Below are positions 40,301 through 51,292 of a DNA stretch of 64,000 bases, piece by piece. This DNA is from Cenococcum geophilum. Its lineage: Eukaryota. The translations under genes and the position numbers were made by a program. Position 1 is the first letter of the stretch; every line of letters begins with the position of its first letter. The DNA is taken from contig CP158636.1 in the NCBI GenBank assembly GCA_050273025.1, positions 4,650,001 through 4,714,000 on the forward strand, written 5' to 3'. The notes beneath the pieces are model-generated. The model had not been told where the DNA came from, ran no database searches, and saw only the letters and a list, made by a program, of their open reading frames with translations.

Positions 40301-42464
40301 TCCTCTTAGGTAAAGGCTAGGTCACGGGCCCGGACATCCTACTAGTAGGTAGGGTTACCCCTTACGGCTAGTGTCTTGTGGTTAGTTCGGATCTCCCTAA
40401 TAAAGGAGGGTAACCTTAGTCTATCCTCCGGCCAGATAAACCGTCTTTTTTATATGTTTAACTAAATATTAAAATAGGATATCTATTTTCGTCTAAGGAT
40501 TATATTATAGGACCCTAGGTCTAGGATACAAAAGGGGATACTATATTAGCGTCGTCCGTTAAGAGCGATATATAACTTTAAGATATAGGTAATAGGCTAA
40601 CCGGCTTAGCCGTTGTAGCCCTTTACCTAGATAGGCTTCTCTAGTTGGATGGCTTCTATATTTAGAAACTTGGTAATATTATTTATATAGGCAGTATTTA
40701 TAAAGGTAAAGCCATTTGCTCTAGTATTAATAAGGGCGGTTATATTAACTCTATATCTATTTTAAGATACTATATATAGAACCATGAAATACTTTCTACC
40801 TATTAACTAACTGAGATTAATCTCTTTGAGATTGATAGGGTACCCTAGGGGGGAGTTTTTCCCTAGGGTTCTTCTTTTCCTAACTTATCGGATGTTTCTC
40901 CTTCCTCTATCTCCTTAATATTGCCTATATCCTTTAGCTCCGGGCAGGATAAGGTAAAGTAACCTTACTTATTGCAGTTAAAGTATATAGCTGAGGTAGG
41001 GTTAATTGGAGTATTACGGCGAATACTAGTTAATAGTGTGGTATATAGCTGGTCGGGCAAGGCTTGCTAGTGCGTAGTTATAACCGCCTTTGGTATAAGA
41101 GTAGTTATAACTTATCTTCCTACTCTAGCTTCTATAGGTATAGCTGGCGAGTTCTAATTGTTATAGAGTTGCTTCTACTAATTAGGGTAGGTATTAATCT
41201 GCTTTAGTTCTAAGTTTAATAATAGGCAATAAGCTGCAAGTCTTTTATGGGTTGGTAGGTTATTTAAGGTTATAGCAATCTTTTCTTATAGCTGGATTGT
41301 TAGCTTATTATATAGGTCTAATTAGTAGTTCTTAAGGGGAACCTGGCCTTCTCCTATAAGGTATAGGAATTAAGTCTGGAATTTAGTAAAGGGTTAGTTT
41401 AGTTTTATTATTAGGTAATTATAGTTATAACAAGCATCCCGTACTTTGTTTAGGTTAACGTAAATAGCCGCTAGGTGCCGTATTATCTCGTTAATAGATG
41501 TAAATTAGATAGGGGAGTTGTCCTTAAACTTGGCTTAAAGGTGCTGTTAGGCGTCCCTAGTGGTTTAACTAAAGAGGTAGAGCATTTTAGCTTCTTTAGA
41601 AAGGAAATAGTTATAGTTAATGCGGAGCTTTTCTTGTATTTAAATCCTCTAATTTTTAAAGGTAGGGTCTATTCCGTTAGATAGTGGTAGGGGGTTAGGG
41701 AGCTTAACGGACTTTAATTGCTTTATTATTATATCCATACTCCCTAGTATATTATATTTAGTAGAGTAAATAGGTCAGCTAGGGCTTTAAGAAGGGGAAG
41801 TTGGGCTATTTTATAGGGCTATAAGGCTTTCTAGGATCTCTTATAGGGTCTCTTATATATTTCTCGCTTTAAGACAATTGGCTTTCTGGCTGGCTACAAG
41901 GGCGCGAATCTACTCGCGTATGTCTACGACATCATTATTATCTTTAATTTCTAATCCTAATTGGATCTCAGGTTCCTCTTAGGTAGAGGCAGCTCTCTTA
42001 AATAAGCTTGCTTTAGGTGCTATTATTAGCTTCCTAAGGTTTGTTAGTATTATACGCTTTAGTTTTAATTCTAGGGGTATAGGTCTAGTCCTGTTTGGCT
42101 TATAAGGTGGGATATTATCTAGGCCTTCCCAGGTAATGTAGAGTTGTTTTGGTGTCTAAGTATAGCGCGTTAATGCGTCGTTACAGACGAAGTTTCTTTA
42201 GGGTAGGATATTATTGAGGCCTTCCCAGGCAAGGTAGGGAGAGCTTAGTATAATGTTATGGCTTAAATAAATGCCTCTAAACCGAAGCTTAAATGAATGC
42301 TGTATTACGAAAATACTAAGCTAAAGAGAAGGAAAAGGGGTCGCTAGGACCGATGTAAACAAATATGTAGGGTGAGCCGCTAAGGCGCTAGCTTTAGGCG
42401 GGCCAATCGCAGGTCGGCAGAATATGGCAGAATTTGGTAGGTAACGTGCGATAGCGCCGTTACA
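28315..42464 (-). mobile_element. Gypsy/Ty3 chromovirus LTR retrotransposon A (RIP-inactivated), nested in the MULE
   Basis: 211-bp LTRs at 28315-28525 and 42254-42464 with TSD CTATT (28310-14, 42465-69). A PPT lies next to the 28525 end. Gag zinc-knuckle remnant ~40940-40990, RT YLDNILIY ~39275-39300, integrase, and chromodomain ~36975-37060. Confidence 0.92.
28703..36658 (+). mobile_element. Gypsy/Ty3 chromovirus LTR retrotransposon B (RIP-inactivated), nested in element A
   Basis: 426-bp LTRs at 28703-29128 and 36233-36658 with TSD TAGAA (28698-702, 36659-663) and PPT AAAGAGGAGGGAG. Gag with knuckle ~30175-30220, protease LIDSRVT ~32241, RT YLNNIIIY ~33203, RNase H, integrase, and chromodomain ~35350-35470. 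Confidence 0.92.
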
Positions 42465-42725
42465 CTATTAAAGTCGTCTAACTTCAGCGTTATATCTTAA
42501 ACCTAGCACTAATGTTTACTTTATAAGCTGTTTAGGGCTTTTAGTCTATATAATACGCTATTAATTCCGCGCCCTAAACTAGTCTATTTACCATGTAGTT
42601 GTATAGATATTCTATGATATAAATTGCGGTAAGGACATGCTTTTTTAAAGTTCTTCAGCCACCCCAATAGCGGCCCGTGCGGGACTTAGTAAGCGCTTAC
42701 TAATCTTGAATGTGTGGGATGAATG

Positions 42726-44312
42726 TTACCTCAGCGAGCTCAGACGTGATTTTTTTAGCTAGCGTCGGAATAACCTACGCCGTCTTCCGAATTGCAAAAT
42801 CACGTCTGAGAGGGTTTGGCGAGTTTTGTTAAAAACGTAAGCAAAATCCGTAAAACGGATATTGCGGATATCTAATTTATTCATTCACACAACGCGTTAT
42901 TATTAAACCCCATAGTCACATTTTTTTTAAGACTTAGGGCTTCTAAATGGTATTAATTTTATTATACGGCTATTGCTTGGTCCTGACATTAATTTCGTCA
43001 AAGTTAAAAAACGCGTTGTTAAAAGCGTAAGCATATATTATATCTTATTGAATAGTCTACTAATATAGATAAAACTATACAGATATATAGATATCTACTA
43101 CTTAAAGCTATTGCAACACCTAGTAGGTGCTATAGTTGGGTCCTTCCTTAAAAATATCCTCCCTTGGCCCGGAGTGTCTCTGCTACTACTAGGGGGCAGA
43201 GCCTCGTGCAGAGCCTCGTGCAGAGCCTTAGTAGAGCTTCGTGTAGAGCTTAATGCAGGGCTTCGTGCAGAGCTTCGTGTAGAGCTTCGTGCAGAACCTT
43301 AGCAGAGCTTCGTGCAGAGCTTCGTGTGGGGCTTCGTGCAGAGCTTCGTGCAGAGCTTCGTGCAGAGCTTCGTGCAAAGCCTCGTGCAGAGCTTCGTGCA
43401 AAGCTTCGTGCAGAGCTTCGTGCAGAGCTTCGTGCAGAGCCTCGTGCAGAGCTTCGTGCAGAGCTTCGTGCAGAGCCACGTGCAGGCGTACAGACGTGTA
43501 ACTGTGCAGACGTGCAGACGTGCAGACGTTCGTACGGGCGATTAATTGCAGAGACGTTTGTAGAGACGATTGTATGGGCGCTCGTACGGGCGTTCGTACG
43601 GGCAATTGTAGAACCTTCCTAGTATATTAGCGCTGCGTGTTAGTAGAGCTTTGGAGCTCTATATAGGGCTTCGAACAGAGCCTCGAGCAGAGCCTCGGGC
43701 AGAGCTTCGAGCAGAGCTTCGAGCAGAGCTTCGAGCAGAGCTTCGAGCAGAGCTTCGAGCAGAGCTTCGAGCAGAGCCCCGAGCAGAGCTTCGAGCAGAG
43801 CCCCGAGCAGAGCTTCGAGCAGAGCTTCGTGCGGAGCCTCGTGCGGAGCTTCGTGCAGAGCTTTTGCAGAGCTCCGTGCAGGTCTCCCCCTGAGCTTCGT
43901 TCCGCAGAGCTCTCGCAAAGCTCTACGCAGAGGGCTGGCGGCGTGGGCGTAAGCGTTCAGCGTTGGTGTTTACTGCGCGGCTCGGCGGTGCAGAGGTAGA
44001 ATTAGGGCCTCTACGGCGACGAATTCCTCTTAACGTCGCGCGCGTATAAGGAGCTGAAGATCTCATAGCTTTATAGAGTAGGCTTTTCTCTATAATTTGG
44101 TGTAATTTTTATATCAACAGGTATTGTGGGAGGGTAGATCAATTTCGTTAAAGTTAATGAGGTCTTCTCATATAAACCGTGTTTAGGTTTTCTACAAATC
44201 TCGCCAAAGGCCCTCAGACTAAGAAAACGATTACCGTCCTAAATCAGCTTAGCGGACGGTGCGGATATTCCTATATCCGCAATCGATTTCTTAGTCTGAG
44301 CTTCTGAGGTAA
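42726..44312 (-). mobile_element. Non-autonomous TIR element (TTACCTCAG family) inserted in the right TIR of the MULE
   Basis: TIRs TTACCTCAGCGAGCTCAGAC / GTCTGAGCTTCTGAGGTAA with a perfect 9-bp TSD GGATGAATG (42717-25, 44313-21). Each end has an internal inverted repeat. Confidence 0.9.
43195..43920. repeat. 12-bp minisatellite, two blocks (AGAGCTTCGTGC)n and (AGAGCTTCGAGC)n
   Basis: Directly visible arrays at ~43195-43485 and ~43670-43880. They generate the RAEL/HEAL/RASC/QSFV ORFs in the ORF track. Confidence 0.95.
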
Positions 44313-44415
44313 GGATGAATGTGCCTGGAGACGCTCCGGTCAATCGGCCCGCGAGCGAATGACTAACCACATTCGTGGTGCACCACCGGAATCACGACAA
44401 TATATACGATTTTCC

Positions 44416-44559
44416 CTATCCCTTCCAACGGTGAAATGTGTCCTACGGTTATCGGTAAGAGCTAGCCAATAGAATCAATAGGATTAAAGCTCCGTGATCA
44501 TACGCGTACTTTTGATTCTGGTGTTCGCGCACAGTCCAACTTCACCGTTGGAAGGGATA
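44416..44559. mobile_element. MITE with TATCCCTT termini (piggyBac-like family)
   Basis: TIRs TATCCCTTCCAACGGTGAA / TTCACCGTTGGAAGGGATA. The interior is homologous, in reverse orientation, to the MITE at 47348-47501. Confidence 0.8.
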
Positions 44560-44720
44560 CTCACTCAACCACGACGGCTTAAAATACTACCAAAAGTTCA
44601 TCGATTAGAGAGACGATCCGATATTATAGATATTAGGCCAAAATCAACCTATAACGGCCCAAAGTTAAGATCAATTTCGATTTAGTCAAAAATCGCGTTA
44701 TTAGGCATTGGAGAAGTAGC

Positions 44721-44790
44721 TATCCCTTAACCCGCCACGTTGCATCCATCTGTTATCGATAAGGATTTAGCCAATCAGATCAATAGAATC
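44721..44790. mobile_element. Isolated terminus of the TATCCCTTAACCCGCC family
   Basis: TATCCCTTAACCCGCC...GTTATCGATAAG...TTAGCCAA matches the reverse complement of the right end of the 16210-18531 element. Confidence 0.7.
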
Positions 44791-45175
44791 AAATTGCCGC
44801 CTCAGGAATATGAGACTGGTAAAGGGTTAGGCTTGGCATAACCTCAGGTTACGCACGACCCCCCAAGGTCCGCGACATATCGTCCAAATATCACCCCCCC
44901 CTGGGTGGTGGCCCCTACTTTTTAGACATGTTTTTAAGGCCTAGGTTAGTACTAGGTTAGTATAGAGGGCCTTAGCGCGCCTTTGACCTTACCGTCGCCT
45001 CGACAATCTATTTTCCAACCCTCTTCTATTTTTGTGCCTACGCTAGCTCCTAGCTCGCGCAGGGCTTCTAATTTTATATAGAAAGGCCTACTGTAATTCT
45101 AATTCTATAATATAGAGCCCTCTTCTTCTCCTTCTCCTTTAATATTTACGTGTTTAGTGGCTTTATTTACCTACG

Positions 45176-45384
45176 TGTAAGGGATATTATTGCGGTCACC
45201 TTGCCCTCAGGACAACCCCTAGGCGCCCCTCGGATGGTCGCCGGGCACGCGCCGGAGGCACGTGCCCGTAGTATATAGTCTCCACGATCCCAGAGGCCTT
45301 ACCTCCTCAAGGATTCGTCTCTCTACAATCTATTCTGTTCCACAATCGTGCCTTATAGCCCCCTGTCTACAAAGTCCCCTCACA
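45176..45384. mobile_element. Solo LTR, 209 bp, inside an unidentified RIP-damaged repeat (~44820-46140)
   Basis: TGTAAGGG...CCCTCACA ends with TSD CTACG (45171-75, 45385-89). Confidence 0.85.
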
Positions 45385-47269
45385 CTACGCCGCGCTTACG
45401 CGTTTTCCCCTTTACCTCTTACGGATATAAAGTCTTTTAAGAATCTTCTTACCCTATAGTCTACTTTACGGTTAACAAAAGCCCCCCTAGCCTCCCCCCC
45501 TTATAGCCTCTAGAGCGAATTTAAAGTCTAAACAGTACGGCTATAGGATATTTATAAGGCCTAGCGCTTAAAGAATACTATAAAGGCGTATAAGCTAAAG
45601 TAAAAAGAGTGGAAAGACTAGTATATAAGACTAAAAGGCAATATAAACGGCGCCTAAGTAACAGAAAATAAGCTTTACTTATTTTTAAAATAGTAAGTTA
45701 TTAACTAAGAATTGGAGGCCGGTAGCTATTAAAAACGGAAGTTAAAATAGAAAGAGATATAGAAAGACAACGAGCGGGTAAAGAAGAGGTAGAAGATAGC
45801 TAGGCGGATAAAATAGCTAGGAGGGAAGGTAGCTATAGCGGCAGCTATAGAGGCAGCTATAACTATAAGGGAAGAAGCTATAAAGGAGAAAGAAGGGGAA
45901 ATATAAGATAAGGAGGCCTTAAACGCCCTATTTAATAAGATAGTCTAATATTTAGTTATAAATAGCTACGTCTCTACTATTACTAAGCTTTATATATAGT
46001 AATTAGAAGGTAAGGCCTTACAGCCACTATAGGGGGCGAAGCTCTTAGCGGTGCTAGATAGTATTTACTATAATAAGGACCGGATTTAATATATTAACTT
46101 TATTAATTAAAGCCTATTTATAATTACTAGTGGCTATAACGTTAAAGGGCTTTAAAAGGTAATTATTTAGTTATAAGAGGCCAGCCTGACCGGAACGTAT
46201 GATTATCTAATTAATAGTGTAGAATAAGAGTCACAGGTAAGTAGAAGATAAGTCGAGGTAAAACGATCTTCACGTAATGAAGGACAAATGCTTTCTGACC
46301 TCTTCTATTCAGAGACTAATCGCTGGTTCTTCTCTAGAGGAGAACCAGCTCCCTATATGACCCTTCCGAGACGCTAGCAAAACCCTTCGCCCCTTATCTG
46401 TCTAACCGTGTCTTCTAGGACGTAGATTGAACATAGATGAAACCTCCTACTGTCTCATCTGATATGTACCTTCTGGGGGATTCTGTTACATTAGTACAAG
46501 GAGACAGGCTCTAAGATATTAGGTTTAGTTAAGTCTTACCTTTAAACTAGAGCCAAGTATTTATTAGGTTTATATCCAGTCTATATAGCTATTATTTTCT
46601 AACCTATTTCTTAGGCTATACTACTATTACCTAAGGTAAAAGTAAATAGGATATTTAGCTTACTAATCTTATTTTTATTACGCTAGAGAATAAAGGGCCT
46701 AAACTAGATAAGCTAGCGCTGTATATAATTATATTATTATTAAACGGACGATCAGGAATGAGAACTCTAAGAGCTCTCTTATATACATTAGGTAGGTCTA
46801 AACAACTAAGTCAAATAGGTAATAGAAAATAGGTAATGAGATATTCGATGAGACATTTAGTTATAAGTTGAAAGACAACTAAGATATAGTTCGTATAGAC
46901 GATCTAGGTCGTCAGACAGTATTACGATGGTAGTAAGGAACTCCGATTTAGGTCGACAATTATTAATATATAGGAAGTAGAATTAATATAATAAGGATAA
47001 ATATATAGGCTATATACGCAATACTAATCCTATTCTCTACCCTCTCTCTATAATAGCCTTCTACTTCTTTAACCGTTAGGGTAAAGATAGCGCTAAAAGC
47101 TTCCTATCTTTTTAGTAGCTAAAGGACTATTATAACCTATATATCTTTCCTAGTAGCATTAAAGTACTATAAACGAGTTCTAGGGGTCCAAGCTTACTTA
47201 AGTATAAAGTTGCTATAGTTGGCAGATAAGTTCTACTTAAATTAGACCTAAAGTTCAGTCGATATATAT

Positions 47270-47675
47270 TGTAAGGGGTATTTTATCCTTTGCTTAGGTA
47301 TATTATACGAGCCAGGGCCTAACTAAAGATTAGGCTTAGCACCTCCTTATCCCTTAACCCGCTAACGTCCACAAGGTAGGTGGTCCGTGCGGAACAACAG
47401 AATTAAAAGTACGCGTATGGTCACGGAGCCTTGATACTATTGATTTTATTGGCTAGCCCTTATCGATAACGTGTGGACGAATTTTGGCGGGTTAAGGGAT
47501 AGGCACCTCCTTATAAACACCTCGGGCTTACGGCCCTCTTGCTCTCCTTATTAGTTCGTCTCTATACAAGGCTATACCTATACTCTTTACCATATCGTCC
47601 TCTTCCATCGACTCTCCTATAACTTATACTCGGCTTACCTACTCCCTACTATATATCTGGGCAATATGCCTTACA
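47270..47675. mobile_element. Solo LTR (family of 19860-20117) carrying a MITE
   Basis: TGTAAGG...CCTTACA ends with TSD TATAT (47265-69, 47676-80). Shares CCATATCGTCCTCTTCCATCGACTCTCCT with the 19860 copy. Confidence 0.85.
47348..47501. mobile_element. MITE of the piggyBac-like family
   Basis: TIRs TATCCCTTAACCCGC / GCGGGTTAAGGGATA. Host-LTR sequence GCACCTCC(T) is duplicated on both sides. Confidence 0.85.
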
Positions 47676-49043
47676 TATATTCTATAGTTTAACTTAAGAT
47701 ATCTACGTATATTTATACTAACCGAAGTGCTATATAATAGTGTTACTATATAGCATATATAGAACTTAAACAAAGAATTCTCTCTATTACATGTTATACA
47801 AGTATAGACCTATATTATATAAGTGGTTCTGCCCCTTTTTAATTTTTTAAAATATACTTTCGACCGAATTATAGGTAGTTAAAGGCGTAGGAAGAGATAA
47901 ATCGACTTTAGAATCTATAATTTATACGAAATAATTAAAAAGAAGGATGGAGTTTATAATTTTAATTAAGCGGTAAGAATTATTAATAAGAATCGATCTT
48001 CTCGATAATAATTTATCAAAAACCAGCCTGGATAAGGATAAGCATTTATCCCGTAGGCTTTCCAAGCAATCCTGCGAGATAGAAAAATGTCGAACGCCCA
48101 ATTGGCATCAAAAAGGCCGGTCCTATTGGCGATGCCAATTAGGATAATTGTCGACCTGAAAATGAGGTCTAAAAATGAGGACTCGTGTAAAGATTGATCT
48201 ATGAAGAAATAGAGGCTATATATATGGGGGGAGCGGGGTACAGGCAACTGAGACATCCGGATTCCGTTCGACAATAATATATACCCTCCGAAAAACAATA
48301 ACTTCCGAACATTGCTGGTAGAACCGGGAATATTATTTATGGCCTGGTATTAATGAAGAGCTAACTAAATGAAGTAGAACTCTCGGAAATTTAATGTTTA
48401 CATCATTCAAGATGTCGTTCGGAAGCATTCTGAGCCTTACCTGCGCATCGTTGGCATTGCGAAGCATTGGGAATAACGTGTCTTGGAGTGACTAGACTCG
48501 GGAGCCTAAAAGAAGGTATACAAGGCAAGGATTTAGTCTTATGGAAACCCGGGGGTCTGCGTACTTAGAAGAGTTTCTTAAGCCCAGAAGCTACAGAAGT
48601 AGTTGCCCTGCGGTAATGGTTAATGAGATATCTGTTGGCATGGGACTGAATTGTACCAAGAGGTGTCCTAAACTTGCTTAAGCGAATACTATGAATATGC
48701 TCAACCATGACTACCAAAGCAAATATAGTCCATTTGCGCCGTGCTATCATCACAATCATTTGTAATTTCTGTACATAGTATTTCACAGCGATACATTGTA
48801 AAGACATAGAAATAATTGAGCACACAGAAATCGCTCCAAAGGATGGAGTTGAAGCGTAGAATGTGCTCGGTTTGTCGGGGACTGCGGGAACGCTTTCAAG
48901 AGGGTTGAAAATGCCTTCGGGCTAGGCAACGCTATGGTAGCTGGCAGGGCGTGAATGATGTAACATATGGTGCGCTGCAATAAGAAGCAGATGCATAGGA
49001 CGTTGGAATCCTAGTCGTAAGACGAGGGAAGAATTTCGGTGGG

Positions 49044-51292
49044 TTAGACACGAGAAGAAGTGCAATCTTCGAATCTCCGAGCAATTTCCAAGGTTGTTGA
49101 GTCCATTCGAGAACCTCCGAGGAAAGTTACGCTGAAGGGTAAAGTTCCTTCATCTTTCTTGTTTCCAGAAAGCTCGGCACACGGGTATGTCCCGGCAGGG
49201 ACAGCTACCCCACACAGGTCTAGCACATTTCCACAATGCGTGAACTCACCAAGCATGCTATTTTTACGGATCGGGTCGGCAAGGACTTCCTCAATCTTCC
49301 AATGAGTAGGTGCTGTTGGCACAAGAATGACGTCTGTCCCAGCAGCATCAGGCGCAAATACTTTCTCTGCTAGTCGGGTGTATAAGGTCTTGGCCTGGAG
49401 ATCTCGATAGGCTTGAACAGCGGTACTCTGCCGCGCAACTACATTGTCCATAAGCTCTACGATGACGGGGTGAAGGACTCTGCGGTTTTTGTCTAGCCAG
49501 TTGTCTGGAAGAGTGGCTAGTCTTTCTGAAACGAATGTACCATCGTAGAGAAGCTCTCCAGCCTTCTTAAACGGTGACCAGTCCACCGGAGTGAGTTTTC
49601 CACCAATGCTTTGTAACCGCTTAACTGCTTCATTGAAGAGACGACGGTGGATATGTGAGCAAATGTCAAGGGCTTCAGGAGGGGGGATGCTGAACTTGAA
49701 AGAGGTAGCTTGAGGACCAATCGAGTTGACATGCCGTTCAAAAGCGATTGGTGGTTTGGCATAGCTGTCTTCCGCATCATAGCCTTCCGCAAGTTGCCAC
49801 ACTGTACGGGCGTCGCTAACGTTTTTAGCTGTAATTGCGATGCAATCTAAAGAAAGGCATGCTGGAGTGACACCCCGGAATGAGATGAGACCTCGCGTAG
49901 GCTTATAGCCGACAACGCCATTAAATCCGGCAGGAACTCGTCCAGAACCTGCGGTATCGGTTGCTAGTGAGAATGAAACCAAGTTAGCACCGACACTGAC
50001 GGCATTGCCGCTGCTGGATCCTCCACTGATATAGTCCTTGTGAAATACAGAGTGAGGGATTCCATATGGACTACGGCATCCTGTAAGCCCGGTAGCCAGC
50101 TGGTCCAGATTTGTCTTTCCAATGAATAGTGCACCTTCAGCAAGCACCTTATCATATACAACTGCTGACACACTCGGGATATGTGTCATTGGAGGGCAAG
50201 CAGTTGTTGTCGGCAGACCTGCCACATCAATGCTATCTTTAACGCTGAAAGGTACGCCGAATAATGGAGGTAGTGCTTTCCGATCTTGGTATCTTGTCGT
50301 GAGCGCCTTTGCTGCCTCAAGACCGTTCTCCCTTGGCTCCAAATAGATCCACACCGCCGGATCAACCTTTTTATAAGCCTCAATCTTGTTGTATAGAGAC
50401 TCGACCAAAGTCACGGGTGATAAGCCATTCTTGTAAGCCTTTTGGAGACTTGAGATAGAAAGATCACCGTCAAAATCAGGAGGCGTCTGTGGGGGTGTAG
50501 AGTGAGAAAGGTTGCGATTCTCTTCAAGGGGCGCCAAGACATCCAGAAGAGGTTGCAAGCTCGCCACAAAACCAAACAAACCTTGCGACCAATGGATCAT
50601 GTCAAGAGAGGCACACTTGAAATTGGCGTCGTTGTATCCACTCGTTGCTTCCTCAATCCCACCTGCAGACATGTCAGCACTGGATTCGACGGCGTGTGAG
50701 TAACGGACATACAGCACTCAAACCCACGGTCGTTGGCTTCTCGTATAGAAGTGGCAAAACAACACTCTGTCGTGACACCAGACACAATAAGATGAGTGAT
50801 TGCTCGAGCCTTAAGCTTATGCAATATGGTAGTGTTCCAAAAAGAGCCTTTGCCAGGCTTGTCAATGACGACTTCACCGGGTAATGGCTTAAGCTCATTA
50901 ATTATGTCATGGCCAAATTCTCCACGGATAAGGAGCCTTCCTAATTCCCCGCGCTCACCTATTGTGAGTTTATGTTGAGTGTTGTTTGGAGCTGCTGCTT
51001 GCCTAACGAGCTTTGACGACGGACAGTCGGATAGATCGGAGACATGACCTTCTCGGGTGTGAAATACAGTCATACCAGCATTTCGACATGCTTCAAGGAG
51101 CTTTTTCGTAGGGGCAATAGATGCTTGCACATCTTTCAGGTTTCCTCCCTGTATTTCCCCAAATCCCTTGGAGAGAAGAAAATCTCGCTGCATATCAATG
51201 ACCAGGAGGGCAGTATGCGTGAGAGGGAACGAGAAAGCATACGGTTTCGCGTCGATTGACAACATAGACGGTCCATCTTTGAGTAAGGTCAT
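49044..51292 (-). CDS. Fusion protein: N-terminal isochorismatase-family cysteine hydrolase (biuret hydrolase BiuH-like) + C-terminal amidase-signature allophanate hydrolase (AtzF-like), ~732 aa
   Basis: Exons 51292-50713 and 50662-49044 join in frame across a 50-nt GTATGT...CTGCAG intron. N-domain: IDMQRDF, HTREGH, DKPGKGSF, GVTTECC, REANDRG, SQGLFG. C-domain: VKDSIDV, GKTNLDQ, GGSSSG, TDTAGSGRVPA, LLYDGTFVSER. Confidence 0.9.

Larger units (their letters stand above)
24607..44338 (-). mobile_element. Mutator-like element (MULE) with nested insertions; RIP-ruined transposase ~25100-27800
   Basis: ~80-bp TIRs (CGGAGCGTCTCCGGGCACATTCATCCCACACATTCAAGATTAGTAAGCGCTTACTAAGTCCCGCAC...; the right TIR is split by the 42726 insertion) and a 9-bp TSD GTCAATCGG (24598-24606, 44339-44347). 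MULE motifs IDAIFNTNRSKL (~26890-26923), PKVIIADFGKGLAAA (~26710-26755) and VL*YY*WY (=LQYCQWH, ~26658-26680). Confidence 0.9.

Noticed and set aside
43111..43918. RAEL/HEAL/RASC/QSFV repeat ORFs as genuine proteins, or the array as CRISPR-like
   Set aside because: They are by-products of a stop-free 12-bp minisatellite, with no spacers and a eukaryotic context.
1..48000. A Starship or other giant element spanning the TE region
   Set aside because: No DUF3435 tyrosine-recombinase captain or typical Starship cargo was recognised; the structure is largely explained by nested conventional TEs.
47966..48980. Short ORFs at the TE/gene boundary as genes
   Set aside because: No recognisable motifs or consistent exon structure; possibly a partly RIPed remnant.
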